Shown: positions 26,587-37,126 of the stretch, piece by piece | How positions within the stretch are numbered: the first letter of the stretch is position 1 | How the letters are laid out: each line of letters opens with the position of its first letter | NCBI GenBank assembly: GCA_031272995.1 | Contig: JAISSY010000054.1 | Location: forward strand, 2,589 to 66,588 | Source: Azoarcus sp. | GTDB taxonomy: Bacteria; Pseudomonadota; Gammaproteobacteria; Burkholderiales; Rhodocyclaceae | Direction: 5' to 3' | Length of the DNA stretch: 64,000 bases | Position numbers and translations under genes: made by a program | The notes under the pieces: generated by a model | Databases searched by the model: none | Told to the model about the DNA's origin: nothing | Seen by the model: the letters and a program-made list of their open reading frames with translations, nothing else

Positions 26587-29163
26587 TCATAGCGATTTGA
26601 GCAGCGCGCTCGCTTCGTTGTGAAGCGGCGAGCCGGCCGGGGCGCGCGAAAGCAGGCTATTCAACTCGCGCTTGGCGTCGTCGCGGCGACCGAGTTGCGC
26701 GTAGCTCTTGGCCAGATTCAGGCGCAGTGCCGGCGCGTCGGGCGCCAGTTTCACCGCCCGCTCCTGATTGGCCAGTCCCGCCTTGGCGTCGCCCTGCGCG
26801 ATCTGAATCGTGCCGAGGGTGTCGAGGATGGCGGGGTTTTCCGGTTCGAGTTTATAGGCGCGTTCGGCAATCGCCAGCGCCTGCGCGTCCTTCAACTGGA
26901 AGCTCACCCAGGCCAGATTGTTGAGCATGGTGGCGTTGTCGGGCAGCAGTTCGTTGATTTTGCGGTAGAGCGTCTGCGCTTCGCCATAACGCTCGGCGGC
27001 AAGCGCGCGTTCGGCGAGATAGGTGCGACCGGCGATGTCTTTCGGTTGCGCCGCCAGCCATTCGTCGGCGAGCTTGCGCGCTTCGTCGCCACGTTTGGCA
27101 TGGGTGAGCGCGGCGTGCAGGCGCACGAACTGTTCGGCGCGGCGCTCCAGTTTGTACGCCTTCTGCAAGCTGGCGATGGCGGCCTTGGCGTCGCCGTTCG
27201 CCTGCTGCGCGGCGGCGAGCAGAGTCAGCGGCGCGGCGGCGCGCGGCGCGAGTCCGGCCAGCTTGGCGAAAGTGCCTGCCGCTTGCTGCGCGTTGCCGGT
27301 GGCGAGTTGCACCTCGCCGAGCAGTTGCAACGCGCGCGGGTCGTCCGGCCAAGCGGCGGCGGTCTGCTGCGCCAGATCGCTCGCTTTCGCCTTGTCGTTC
27401 TGCGCCAGATAGAAGCGCGTCAGCACCAGACTAGGCGTCAGTCGACCGGTTGCGATGCGCAGCGCGTGTTCGAGCACCGGCTGGATTTCGCCGGGCTTGG
27501 CGCCGGTCGCTTGCAGCACGCCCGCATAGGCGATCAAGGCATCGGCGCTCTTGGCGTCGTCGCCGACTAGCCGCTTGAAGCGTTGCCGCGCTTGATCCGG
27601 CTTCTTGTCGGCCAAGTCGAGTTGCGCCAAATCGACGATGGCGGAAAGAAAAGCCGGATCGAGCGCCAGCGCTTTTCCGTAAGCGGCGCGCGCCCCGGCA
27701 CGGTCGCCCTTGAGCGTCAGCAGACGCCCCTTGAGTCCCCAAGTCTGCGGCTCGTCGGGTTTCTTCTTCTCGATTTCGGCGGCGATCTCCAGCGCCTTGT
27801 CGAGTTCGCGGTGGCGCAGGTGAATGGCGATGCGGGCGAGATCGGCCTGAATCGCGTTGGGGTCGAGTTGCGAAGCGGCGTCGAGCACGGCGAGCGCCCC
27901 GTCGACGTCGCCGCTCATCATGCGCGCGATGCCCAACTGCGTTTGCGCCCGCGAGTCGTCCGGCGCGGCGGCGGCGGCGCGTTTGATGAAGTCCGCGGCG
28001 CGCGTCTTGTCGCCGACCGCCATATAAACCTGCCCGGCCAATCCGAGTTGTTCCGGGGTCATTTTGTCGCCAAGCGCCAGCAGCGGTTGCAGCGTGTCGC
28101 GGGCACGGTCGGCTTGTCCGCCGCCCAGCAGCGCGGAGACCATCAACATGCGCGCGGCGTGGTTTTTCGGCGCCGCTTCCAACGCCCGCGACAGGAAGCT
28201 CTGCGCCAGCGCGAATTCTTTCTTCTGCAACAGCACCAGACCGGCAAGCATCTGCGCGGGCAGGAAGTTCTGCGCTTTCGAGGCCGCGTCCACCGCCTTG
28301 GCGCGCGCATCGTCGAGGCGACCGTCGTGGAAGGCGAGATACGCCTCGACGTAACCCACCGCCGGATGCTCCGGCGCCACCGCCTTCATGGCGTCGGCTT
28401 CCTGACGCACGCCGTCGATGTCCTTGAGCGCTTGCAACACCATCACCCGCGACAAATGAGTGTTGATCGAGTTCGGGTCGGCCTTGACCGCGTCCGCCAG
28501 CGCTTTGGCGGCGGCTTCTTTGTCGCCGCTCGCCAACCGGGCGTCGGCGAGCAGACGCTGCGCGGCGGCATCGTCCGGCGCGCGCGTCGCGATTTTCTCG
28601 GCGTCGGCGAGCGCGCCCGCCGTGTCGTTGCGATTGAGCTTGATGCGCGCCAGCCCTATCCCCGCCGCGTTGCTGTCGGGGTCGACCGCCAACGCCGCCG
28701 TGTAGGCGCGACGGGCGTCGTCGAACTTCCTGCGCACCAGAAAGGCGTCGCCACGGGTCACCTGCACCTTCGCTTTGGCGGCGGCGGAATCGAGATTCAC
28801 GTCGGCGAAATCGCGCAGCACGCGGTCGTACTCGCCCTCGCGCAACAGCGACTGCATGAGCAACGGCACCACTTCGTCTTTGGCGTAGCCCATCTCGAAG
28901 GCGCGGCGCAATTCCTTCGACGCGCCGGAGAAGTTTTCCTGCCGGAAGTAAACCGAGCCGAGCAGGAAGCGCCCTTCGGCCAACTGGTTGTTCTCTTGCA
29001 GGGCGTTCTTCAACTGGATGGCGGCGGCGTTGAGATCGCGCTTTTCGATGAAGCCCTTGGCGGAGGCGATCATGTCCTCCGGACTGTTGGAACAGGCCAC
29101 CACCAGCGTGGCGAACAGCGCGATGGCGGCTCTGCCGGCGCGGCGAACGTCGAAAGCCATCAT
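26587..29163 (-). CDS. prsT: PEP-CTERM system TPR-repeat lipoprotein
   Basis: Lipobox LVVAC, AAIQLKNALQ, many TPRs, directly downstream of prsR. Confidence 0.85.
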   Translation of the reverse strand: MMAFDVRRAGRAAIALFATLVVACSNSPEDMIASAKGFIEKRDLNAAAIQLKNALQENNQLAEGRFLLGSVYFRQENFSGASKELRRAFEMGYAKDEVVPLLMQSLLREGEYDRVLRDFADVNLDSAAAKAKVQVTRGDAFLVRRKFDDARRAYTAALAVDPDSNAAGIGLARIKLNRNDTAGALADAEKIATRAPDDAAAQRLLADARLASGDKEAAAKALADAVKADPNSINTHLSRVMVLQALKDIDGVRQEADAMKAVAPEHPAVGYVEAYLAFHDGRLDDARAKAVDAASKAQNFLPAQMLAGLVLLQKKEFALAQSFLSRALEAAPKNHAARMLMVSALLGGGQADRARDTLQPLLALGDKMTPEQLGLAGQVYMAVGDKTRAADFIKRAAAAAPDDSRAQTQLGIARMMSGDVDGALAVLDAASQLDPNAIQADLARIAIHLRHRELDKALEIAAEIEKKKPDEPQTWGLKGRLLTLKGDRAGARAAYGKALALDPAFLSAIVDLAQLDLADKKPDQARQRFKRLVGDDAKSADALIAYAGVLQATGAKPGEIQPVLEHALRIATGRLTPSLVLTRFYLAQNDKAKASDLAQQTAAAWPDDPRALQLLGEVQLATGNAQQAAGTFAKLAGLAPRAAAPLTLLAAAQQANGDAKAAIASLQKAYKLERRAEQFVRLHAALTHAKRGDEARKLADEWLAAQPKDIAGRTYLAERALAAERYGEAQTLYRKINELLPDNATMLNNLAWVSFQLKDAQALAIAERAYKLEPENPAILDTLGTIQIAQGDAKAGLANQERAVKLAPDAPALRLNLAKSYAQLGRRDDAKRELNSLLSRAPAGSPLHNEASALLKSL

Positions 29164-29164
29164 C

Positions 29165-30526
29165 TCAGTTCTCCTTTTTCAGCCCGAAGCGGTTCATCAA
29201 ATCGTAGAGCGACGGACGACTGACGCCGAGAATTTCCGCCGCGCGCGCGATGTTGCCGTTGGTGCGCGCCAGCACCCGCACTACCGCCTGCCGTTCGGCG
29301 GCTTCGCGTACTTGCCGCAGGTTGAGGTGTTCGAGCGGCTCCTCGCCGGTGGCGCCAAGTCCGAGGTCGTCGGCAGTGATGCGGTTGCCGTCGGCCATGA
29401 TGACGGCGCGCTTCAAGCAGTTTTCCAGTTCGCGCACGTTGCCTGGCCATTGGTAGGTTTCGATGGCGGCGATGGCGTCCTCGCCCAGTTGCAGCGAACT
29501 GCGCCCGTTTTCCTGCGCGAAACGCTGCACGAAGTGATGCGCGAGCAGCACCGCGTCGCCCTCGCGCTCGCGCAGCGGCGGAATCGTCACCACGATTTCG
29601 GCGAGCCGGTAATACAAATCCTCGCGGAACTGGCCGGACTGGATGCGCGCCTTGAGATCCTGATGGGTGGCGCAGACGACGCGCACGTCGACCGGAATCT
29701 CCTGCCGACCGCCGAGGCGTTCGATGACGCGCTCCTGCAGGAAGCGCAAGAGCTTCGCCTGCAGCGACATCGGCAAATCGCCGATTTCGTCGAGAAAGAG
29801 CGTGCCCTTGTGCGCGGTTTCGATCTTGCCGGGCGTCTGGCGGCTGGCGCCGGTGAAAGCGCCCTTCTCGTAACCGAACAGTTCGCTTTCGAGCAGGTTT
29901 TCCGGAATCGCGGCGCAGTTGATGGCGACGAAGCGTTCGCGCGCGCGCGGCGACAGGTTGTGCAAGCCGCGCGCCAGCACTTCCTTGCCGGTGCCGCTGT
30001 CGCCGAAAAGCGCCACCGTCGCCGAGGCGGAGGCGACCTTCTCGATGGTGCGGCAGATTTTCAACATGCCGGCGTCGCGGGTGAGCAGCCCGACCACCGA
30101 ACCGGCCTGCGTCTGTTGCAGACGGCGGTTCTCGGCTTGCAGGTTGTAGAGACGGAAGGCGCGCTCGATGGTGAGCGTGAGCAACTCCGGCTCGAACGGC
30201 TTGCTGAAGAAGTCGTAGGCGCCCAGTCCGACGGCGCGTACGGCGTTTTCGCGGTCGTGTTGGCCGGTGAGCACGATGATCTTGGTGTCGGGCGCGAGCG
30301 CGAGAATTTCCGAGAGCAGCGCGAAGCCCTCGCCAACGTCGTCGGGCGTCGGCGGCAGTCCCAGATCCATCGTCACCACCGCCGGCTCGAAGCGCCGCAT
30401 CTGGTTGATGGCGCTTTCACGGTCGTCCGCCACCACGGTTTCAAAGCCGTCGAAGGCCCAACGCATCTGCTTTTGCAGCGCGGGGTCGTCCTCGACGATC
30501 AATAGGGTTCGTTGTTTTTCACTCAT
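29165..30526 (-). CDS. prsR: PEP-CTERM-box response regulator (REC + sigma-54 AAA+ + HTH)
   Basis: LLIVEDD, MDLGLPP, GDSGTGKE, GAFTGA, WPGNVRELEN; start at MSEKQR. Confidence 0.92.
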   Translation of the reverse strand: MSEKQRTLLIVEDDPALQKQMRWAFDGFETVVADDRESAINQMRRFEPAVVTMDLGLPPTPDDVGEGFALLSEILALAPDTKIIVLTGQHDRENAVRAVGLGAYDFFSKPFEPELLTLTIERAFRLYNLQAENRRLQQTQAGSVVGLLTRDAGMLKICRTIEKVASASATVALFGDSGTGKEVLARGLHNLSPRARERFVAINCAAIPENLLESELFGYEKGAFTGASRQTPGKIETAHKGTLFLDEIGDLPMSLQAKLLRFLQERVIERLGGRQEIPVDVRVVCATHQDLKARIQSGQFREDLYYRLAEIVVTIPPLREREGDAVLLAHHFVQRFAQENGRSSLQLGEDAIAAIETYQWPGNVRELENCLKRAVIMADGNRITADDLGLGATGEEPLEHLNLRQVREAAERQAVVRVLARTNGNIARAAEILGVSRPSLYDLMNRFGLKKEN

Positions 30527-32666
30527 GTCGATCACCGGCGTCTTGCCGTGGTTGCGTTGCCTCTTTCGTTTCTTTCTCCGAGTCCAGCCGCGTGTGCAGA
30601 GGTAATTCAATCGTCACCTTCGTGCCCACGCCCTCGGCGCTTTCATAATTCACTTCGCCGCCCAGTTCGAGGATGTACTGGCGGGTTTCATAGACGCCGA
30701 TGCCCATGCCGCTCGCCTTGGTGGTTTCGAACGGGCGCGACAGGCGTTCGCGGATGAAGGCTTCCGACATGCCGCAGCCGGTGTCCGCCACCACGATGCG
30801 CGCCCGATCCGGCCCGGCGGCAAGCGTGACGCTAACCTTACCATCGTCGGGGGTGGCTTCGAGCGCATTTTGCACTACGTGACCGACGACACGCTCCAGT
30901 CGTTCCGGGTGCGCCCGCACCGCGACGATTTCACCCGCCGGCGGCAGTTCGAGCGTCAGCGCCGGGCGCTGCTCGCGCTTGGCGCGCCGGACGCTTTGCA
31001 GCAGTTCGGCGAGATTGACCGCGCGCGGCGGGTCTATCGAGCGTTTCTCCTGCAACTGCGTCATCAGCCCGCGCATACGGGATTCGACGTGCTTGACCGT
31101 CTCCAGCATGTCGGCCTGAAACTCCGGGTTGTCCTTGTGGCGCTCGGCGTTCCGAAGCATCAACGACAGTTGCGCCACGAGGTTCTTCAAGTCGTGCACG
31201 ACGAAGGCCGACATGCGCGTAAAAGACTCGAACTTGCGCGCCTCGAGCAAATCCTCGGCGACCAACATGCGTTCGAGGTCGCTCGCCGCCTGATGTTGCG
31301 CGGTCTTGAGCAAATCGAGCACTTCCCAGTCGATCTCGAACGGCGTGCGCGGCACGGCGAGGACGACGAAACCGATCAGCCCGGCGCCGCCGGTGAGCGG
31401 AATGATCAGCCAGGCGTCGGGAAACTCCGCCGCCAGCCAAGGCGGCAATTCCAGCCCCGGATAGGTGGAGGGCGTGCGGCGGTATTCCTCCAGATCGATC
31501 ACCCACTCGCGTTCGCGCATGAAGCGCAGCAGCGGACTGTCGGCCGGCACCGTCGCGTCGACGGCGGCGTGGTTGAGGCGGGCGTTCAAGACGTAATTGC
31601 GTTCGCCGCCGCTCTCGCCGGCGCTGCCGCGAAGCCACAACAGGCCGCCGGGGCTTTCCACCAGATTGGCGAGCGCGGTGAGCGCCGCGCGCCCGAGGTC
31701 GATCTGACCGTCGGCAGCCGACAGCGAGCGCGTGAAGCGCAGCCATTCGGTGCGGTAGTCGTAGCGATACGGAAACAGATGTTTGCTGATGAACACCCGC
31801 AACCGCGCGCGTTGCGCCGACGAGGACAGCAGCACCGCCAACAGCACCAGCGCGGTGAACAGCAATATCGTTTGCAGCGCCTGTCCCCACTCGCCGCCGA
31901 AATAGCGCACGTAATAGCCGGCGGCGGACACCGCGAGCAGGTACAGGCCGGAGAGCCCAAGCGCGGTGGAGTGAAACACCGCCGAACGCGACAGCGAAAT
32001 GCGCAGCGACCACGAAGGATTGCGCGCCCCCGACATCGCCACCAGCGGCACCACCAGCGCGTGCGCCGGCCCACGCACCGCCCAGATCACCGGACTGGGG
32101 CGTCCGAACAGGAAGGCGTCGGCGAACAGATACAGTTCGAACATGAACACCGCCCCCAACCCCATGCACAGCGGTTTCATCGACCAGCGCAAATCGGGCG
32201 CGATGCCGCGATAGACCTGCTCGACCAGCACCAGCCCCAAGACCGCGCCGACCAGCGAACCGCCGAGGATGAGCTTGAGCGCCGATTCGTCCGGCAGCAG
32301 CGACAACTCGACGGCGGCCAGCCCCGCGGCCTGCAACCCCAACACCGCTACCGTGACCGCCACGAACCATTTCCACGACTTGTCGGTGAGCGGCCGCATC
32401 AACAGCAACAAAAAGGCGAACCAGCCGACGTTGCGCAGCACGCCGAGCACGCCGGAGAACACGTAGCGCGCCGCCGAGGGATGGCGCGCGAACAGCAGAC
32501 TCGCCAACGCCCACGCGCAGGAGAGCGCCACCGCCGCCAACAGGCAGCCGCCCGCCGCCGCGCCGCGCCACGCCGCGTAGAGATAAAGCGCGAAGAAGCC
32601 ATAGACGACGGCGGCCAGCCCGTAGCCCCAGACCGCGAAATCCGCCAGATCGTACAAGCCGTTCAA
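30519..32666 (-). CDS. prsK: PEP-CTERM system histidine kinase
   Basis: Multi-TM N-terminus, GAF domain, H-box FVVHDLKN, NALEA, DTGCGM, GMGIG; probable TTG start overlaps the upstream stop. Confidence 0.9.
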   Translation of the reverse strand: MNGLYDLADFAVWGYGLAAVVYGFFALYLYAAWRGAAAGGCLLAAVALSCAWALASLLFARHPSAARYVFSGVLGVLRNVGWFAFLLLLMRPLTDKSWKWFVAVTVAVLGLQAAGLAAVELSLLPDESALKLILGGSLVGAVLGLVLVEQVYRGIAPDLRWSMKPLCMGLGAVFMFELYLFADAFLFGRPSPVIWAVRGPAHALVVPLVAMSGARNPSWSLRISLSRSAVFHSTALGLSGLYLLAVSAAGYYVRYFGGEWGQALQTILLFTALVLLAVLLSSSAQRARLRVFISKHLFPYRYDYRTEWLRFTRSLSAADGQIDLGRAALTALANLVESPGGLLWLRGSAGESGGERNYVLNARLNHAAVDATVPADSPLLRFMREREWVIDLEEYRRTPSTYPGLELPPWLAAEFPDAWLIIPLTGGAGLIGFVVLAVPRTPFEIDWEVLDLLKTAQHQAASDLERMLVAEDLLEARKFESFTRMSAFVVHDLKNLVAQLSLMLRNAERHKDNPEFQADMLETVKHVESRMRGLMTQLQEKRSIDPPRAVNLAELLQSVRRAKREQRPALTLELPPAGEIVAVRAHPERLERVVGHVVQNALEATPDDGKVSVTLAAGPDRARIVVADTGCGMSEAFIRERLSRPFETTKASGMGIGVYETRQYILELGGEVNYESAEGVGTKVTIELPLHTRLDSEKETKEATQPRQDAGDRHE

Positions 32667-34051
32667 TGCGCCCCCTCGCCCATCAGCACCACACGCACCG
32701 TCTCCAGCAACACGAGAGTGTCGAGCACCAAGGTATGGTTCTTCACGTAGTACAAATCGTATTGCAGCTTCTGCACCGCGTCGTCGCGCGAAGCGCCGTA
32801 CTGGTAGCGCACCTGCGCCCAACCGGTCAGCCCCGGCTTGACGCAATGGCGAATGCCGTAAAACGGAATCTCGCGCGCCAGTTGGTCGACGAAAAACGGC
32901 CGCTCCGGACGCGGCCCGACCAGACTCATGTCGCCCAACAGCACGTTGACGAGTTGCGGCAACTCGTCGATGCGCAGCCGCCGGATGAAGCGGCCGACGC
33001 GGGTGATACGCGCGTCGTTGCTCTCCGCCCAACGCGGCGTGCCGTCCTTCTCGGCATCCTGCTTCATGCTGCGGAACTTCACCACCCGGAACACGCGTCC
33101 GCCCTGTCCGACGCGCTCCTGTCGGTAGAACACCGGCCCGCCGTCCTCGAACAGAATCATGAACGCGACGACTATGTTGAGCGGCAAAGTGACCACGAAC
33201 AGCCCGGCAGCCACCACCAGATCGAACAGGCGCTTGAAGAACACCCGTTGCAGCGGCTGCTGGAAGCCGTCGCCGTAAATCAGCCAACTGGCGCGCAGGG
33301 AATCGAGCCGCACCTGCCGGCGCACGCGCTCGTAGAAAGTGGACAAATCGAAAATGTGGATGCCGTCGAGCTTGCAGTTGAGCAGTTCGCGCAACGGCAG
33401 CGCGCCGCCGCGCCGCTCGCGCATGGCGACGATGATTTCATCGATGCGCAATCGGCTCGCCACTTCGGAAAGCGAACCGTCGGCGACGATTTTCTCCGCG
33501 TCGACCTTCGGCTCGCCGTCGCTCGCCGCCGGATAGAAAGCCTGCACCTCGACGTTGCCCTGCTCCGGATGCAGCAGGATGCGCTGCACTTCCAGCGCAT
33601 CCTCGCCGGTGCCGACCACGAGAATGCGCGGCGCGAACAGGGACGACGCCTGCTTGCGGTTGATGAGCACGCGCAGCGACAGAATCACCGCCGTCATCAC
33701 CAGCACCTCGGCCTGCATCCACAGCGAGGCGAAGCCGAACCACGGCAGCATCAGCATGGCGAAATAGGCGGCGGGCAGGCAGAAGATGAACGCCAGCACC
33801 AGCCGGGCGAGCGCGGTGTGCGGGCTGTCCTCGTCCACCGGGCGGTAGAGTCCGAGGGCGAAATTCACCACCACCACCGTCACCGCGAAACCGAAAGTCG
33901 ACGGCAGCATCGCGTGCCAATCCACTTCCAGTTCCGGCCCGCGAGCGCGAAACGCCGCCAGCGCCACCACGGCCACCACGAACAGCAGCAGGTCGAGACA
34001 CAACCGCTGCACCACGTGCATGGGGAAGTAGTGGCTAAAAACTTTCAGCAT
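32663..34051 (-). CDS. Polyprenyl glycosylphosphotransferase, PEP-CTERM-associated (TIGR03013-like)
   Basis: KRLFD, FRSM, RIDELPQL, GPRPERP, KPGLTGWAQV, YDLYY; start at MLKVFSHYF. Confidence 0.92.
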   Translation of the reverse strand: MLKVFSHYFPMHVVQRLCLDLLLFVVAVVALAAFRARGPELEVDWHAMLPSTFGFAVTVVVVNFALGLYRPVDEDSPHTALARLVLAFIFCLPAAYFAMLMLPWFGFASLWMQAEVLVMTAVILSLRVLINRKQASSLFAPRILVVGTGEDALEVQRILLHPEQGNVEVQAFYPAASDGEPKVDAEKIVADGSLSEVASRLRIDEIIVAMRERRGGALPLRELLNCKLDGIHIFDLSTFYERVRRQVRLDSLRASWLIYGDGFQQPLQRVFFKRLFDLVVAAGLFVVTLPLNIVVAFMILFEDGGPVFYRQERVGQGGRVFRVVKFRSMKQDAEKDGTPRWAESNDARITRVGRFIRRLRIDELPQLVNVLLGDMSLVGPRPERPFFVDQLAREIPFYGIRHCVKPGLTGWAQVRYQYGASRDDAVQKLQYDLYYVKNHTLVLDTLVLLETVRVVLMGEGAH

Positions 34052-34100
34052 GGCCTTATTGGAACCATTTCCTGCATCCGGGCGTGAAACGGCAGATATT

Positions 34101-34129
34101 CTAGCAATCGGCATCTGCCTCGTATATGC
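34101..34129 (-). promoter_or_regulatory. Extended -10 (TGCTAGAAT, 34108-34116) flanked by a 7-bp inverted repeat GGCAGAT/ATCTGCC
   Basis: Seen directly, 50-80 bp upstream of the sugar transferase start. Confidence 0.5.
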
Positions 34130-34146
34130 GTATATGCAAAAATTTG

Positions 34147-34902
34147 TTACGCCGGCTTCCCGCGCTGGCGAACGGTTTCGAACAAACATATCCCGCTCGC
34201 CACCGAAACGTTGAGACTTTCGACACTGCCGGCCATCGGTATGCGCGCCAGTTCGTCGCAAGTGGCGCGAGTAAGCCGCCGCAACCCGTCGCCCTCGGCG
34301 CCGAGCACCCAAGCGAGCGGCCCGGTCTGGTCGATGTCGAAAACGGATTTTTCCGCTTCGCCCGCCGCGCCCACCACCCATACGCCGGCCTTTTTGATTT
34401 GCTCCAGCGCGCGCGCCAGATTGGTGACGACGACGTAAGGCACCGTATCGGCGGCGCCGCTCGCCACCTTGATCGCGGTGGCGTTGAGTCCCACGGCGCG
34501 ATCCTTGGGGGCGATGACCGCGTGCGCCCCCGCCGCGTCGGCGACGCGCAGGCAGGCGCCGAGGTTGTGCGGATCCTGCACGCCGTCGAGTACCAGCAAC
34601 AGCGCCGGGCCGGCAAGGGTTTCCAGCACGTCGTCGAGGGTCACGACGCGCTGGCGGCTGTCGACGCGGGCGATGACGCCCTGATGGCGGCGGGTACCGA
34701 CCATGCCGTCGAGGCGGTCGTTGTCGAGTTGGGTCGCGCGCACGCCGGTTTCTTCGGCGAGTTTGGCCACGTCGCGGGCGCGGACGTCGTTGCGCAGGGT
34801 CGACAGGTAGATTTCGAGGACGCTTTCAGGGTCGCGGCGCAGGCGACCGAGGACGGCGTGGAAGCCGTAAATCAGGCGACTGGCGGCGGCGCGTTCACCC
34901 AC
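34147..34902 (-). CDS. rlmB: 23S rRNA Gm2251 methyltransferase
   Basis: YGFHAV, HQGV, DPHNLGA, GAEGDG, ESLNVSVA (SPOUT fold). Confidence 0.95.
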   Translation of the reverse strand: MGERAAASRLIYGFHAVLGRLRRDPESVLEIYLSTLRNDVRARDVAKLAEETGVRATQLDNDRLDGMVGTRRHQGVIARVDSRQRVVTLDDVLETLAGPALLLVLDGVQDPHNLGACLRVADAAGAHAVIAPKDRAVGLNATAIKVASGAADTVPYVVVTNLARALEQIKKAGVWVVGAAGEAEKSVFDIDQTGPLAWVLGAEGDGLRRLTRATCDELARIPMAGSVESLNVSVASGICLFETVRQRGKPA

Positions 34903-37126
34903 GACGTTTTCTCCCCCCCGTCTTGCGCGCCGGCTTTTTCGCCTCGTCCTCGTCGAGCAACCGGAAGTCGATGCGGCTGGTTTCCAGATCGGCGCGTATC
35001 AACTGCACCCGCACGCGATCCGAGAGCCGGTAGCGCACGCCGGTGCGCTCGCCGGTGAGTTCGTTGCGCGCTTCGTCGTAATGGAAATAGTCGCTGCCAA
35101 GGTCGGAGATGTGCACCAGCCCTTCGATGAAGATGTCGTCGAGGGCGACGAACAGCCCGAACGGCACCACCACCGAGACGCTGCCGCTGAAGGCTTCGCC
35201 GACGCGGTCGCGCATGTAGTAGCACTTGAGCCACGCCACCACGTCGCGAGTCGCATCGTCGGCGCGGCGTTCGGTAGCCGAGCAGGTCATGCCGATCTGC
35301 GCCCAGTCGCCGGGGTTGTAATGTTTGCCTTCCAGCACCGCCTTGATGGCGCGATGCACGAGCAAATCGGGATAGCGCCGAATCGGCGAGGTGAAATGGG
35401 TGTAGGCGTCGTAAGCGAGGCCGAAGTGGCCGACGTTGTCGGGGCTATACACCGCCTGCCGCAGCGAGCGCAGCATCACGGTTTGCAGCAGTTGCGCGTC
35501 CGGGCGCGTCTTGGTCTTGTCGAGCAGCGCGGCGTAATCCTTCGCCGTCGGCGCCTCCCCCCCGCCAAGCGCGAGGCCGAATTCGCCCAGAAAGCCGCGC
35601 AGCTTTTCGAGCTTTTCCGGCGTCGGCCCTTCGTGGATGCGGTAGAGCGCCGGATGTTTGTGGGTTTGCAGGAAGTCGGAAGCGCAGACGTTGGCGGCGA
35701 GCATGCATTCCTCGATCAGCCGGTGCGCGTCGTTCCGCACTTCCGGCACGATGCGGGCGATCTTGCCCTGCTCGTCGAACTCCATGCGCGTCTCGGTGGT
35801 CTCGAAGTCGATGGCGCCGCGTCGCGCCCGCGCCGTCAGCAGGGCGCGGAACAGGCGGTCGAGTTCCTGCAAATGCGGCAGCAACGGTTTGAGCGCCTTG
35901 CGCGCCTCCCTGTCGCCGTCGTAGAGCGCGGCGGCCACCCGGTCGTAGGTGAGCCGCGCGTGCGAGAACATCACCGCCGGATAGAAGCGATATTCGCCAA
36001 TCTCGCCGCGCGGGGAAATCGACATGTCCGCCACCATGCACAGCCGTTCGACCCCCGGATTGAGCGAGCACAGCCCGTTGGAGAGTTTCTCCGGCAGCAT
36101 CGGAATCACCCGGCGCGGGAAATACACCGAGTTGCCGCGCTCGCGCGCGTCGACGTCGAGCGGGCTGCCTGCGGTCACGTAATGCGACACGTCGGCGATG
36201 GCGACCAGCAGCCGCCAGCCCTTGCCGCGCCGCTCGCAATACACGGCGTCGTCGAAGTCGCGCGCGGTGTCGCCGTCGATGGTCACCAGCGGCAATTCGG
36301 TAATGTCCACGCGTCCGGCACGATCCTTTCTCTTGACCTCGTCGGGAATCTTGCGCGCCTGCGCCCGCGCCGCCGCCGAAAACTCGAACGGCAGTTCGTG
36401 CTTTCTGAGCGCGATTTCGATTTCCATCCCCGGATCGGCGTAATTGCCGAGCACTTCGACGATGCGCCCCACCGGGCGCGCCGTTTTCGACGGCTGCGAA
36501 ATCAATTCTACCGTCACCACCTGTCCGGCGTTGGCGCGTTTGCCGCCCGGCGCGACGAGGATGTCCTGCGCCAGCCGCTTGTTCTCCGGCGCCACCACCC
36601 GCACGCCATGTTCGTCGAGCACGCGCCCGACGATGCGCGAATTGACGCGCTCCAGCACTTCGACGATCTTGCCTTCCGGTCGTCCGCGCCGGTCGACGCC
36701 GGCGATGCGCACCATCACGCGGTCGCCGTGCAACACCCCGCGCATCTCTTTCGGTTCGAGATAAATATCGTCGCCGCCATCGTCGCGGCGCAGGAAGCCG
36801 AAGCCGTCCTTGTGTCCCTCGACGCTGCCCGCGATCAGATTGGCCTTGTCCGGCAACAACCACGCATCGCGCCGGTTCAGCAACACCTGCCCTTCGCGCA
36901 GCATGGCGTGCAGCCGCCGCAGGAAGAACTCGCGCTCGCCCGCCGCGATGTCCAGCGCCTTGCAAAGCTCGTCGAACCGCATCGGCACCCCTTCGCGCGC
37001 CAGAATTTGTTCGACATATTCCCGACTCGGCAACGGCGTTCCGTATTTTTGCGTTTCGCGCTCAAACCAAGGATCGGCGCGACGAACGGCGCTCAGCCTG
37101 TGGCCTTTGTTGGTCTTTTTGCTCAT
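34895..37126 (-). CDS. rnr: Ribonuclease R
   Basis: GHKDGFGF, TIDGDTARDFDDA, HFTSPIRRYPD, S1 domain, basic tail. Confidence 0.97.
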   Translation of the reverse strand: MSKKTNKGHRLSAVRRADPWFERETQKYGTPLPSREYVEQILAREGVPMRFDELCKALDIAAGEREFFLRRLHAMLREGQVLLNRRDAWLLPDKANLIAGSVEGHKDGFGFLRRDDGGDDIYLEPKEMRGVLHGDRVMVRIAGVDRRGRPEGKIVEVLERVNSRIVGRVLDEHGVRVVAPENKRLAQDILVAPGGKRANAGQVVTVELISQPSKTARPVGRIVEVLGNYADPGMEIEIALRKHELPFEFSAAARAQARKIPDEVKRKDRAGRVDITELPLVTIDGDTARDFDDAVYCERRGKGWRLLVAIADVSHYVTAGSPLDVDARERGNSVYFPRRVIPMLPEKLSNGLCSLNPGVERLCMVADMSISPRGEIGEYRFYPAVMFSHARLTYDRVAAALYDGDREARKALKPLLPHLQELDRLFRALLTARARRGAIDFETTETRMEFDEQGKIARIVPEVRNDAHRLIEECMLAANVCASDFLQTHKHPALYRIHEGPTPEKLEKLRGFLGEFGLALGGGEAPTAKDYAALLDKTKTRPDAQLLQTVMLRSLRQAVYSPDNVGHFGLAYDAYTHFTSPIRRYPDLLVHRAIKAVLEGKHYNPGDWAQIGMTCSATERRADDATRDVVAWLKCYYMRDRVGEAFSGSVSVVVPFGLFVALDDIFIEGLVHISDLGSDYFHYDEARNELTGERTGVRYRLSDRVRVQLIRADLETSRIDFRLLDEDEAKKPARKTGGRKRRG

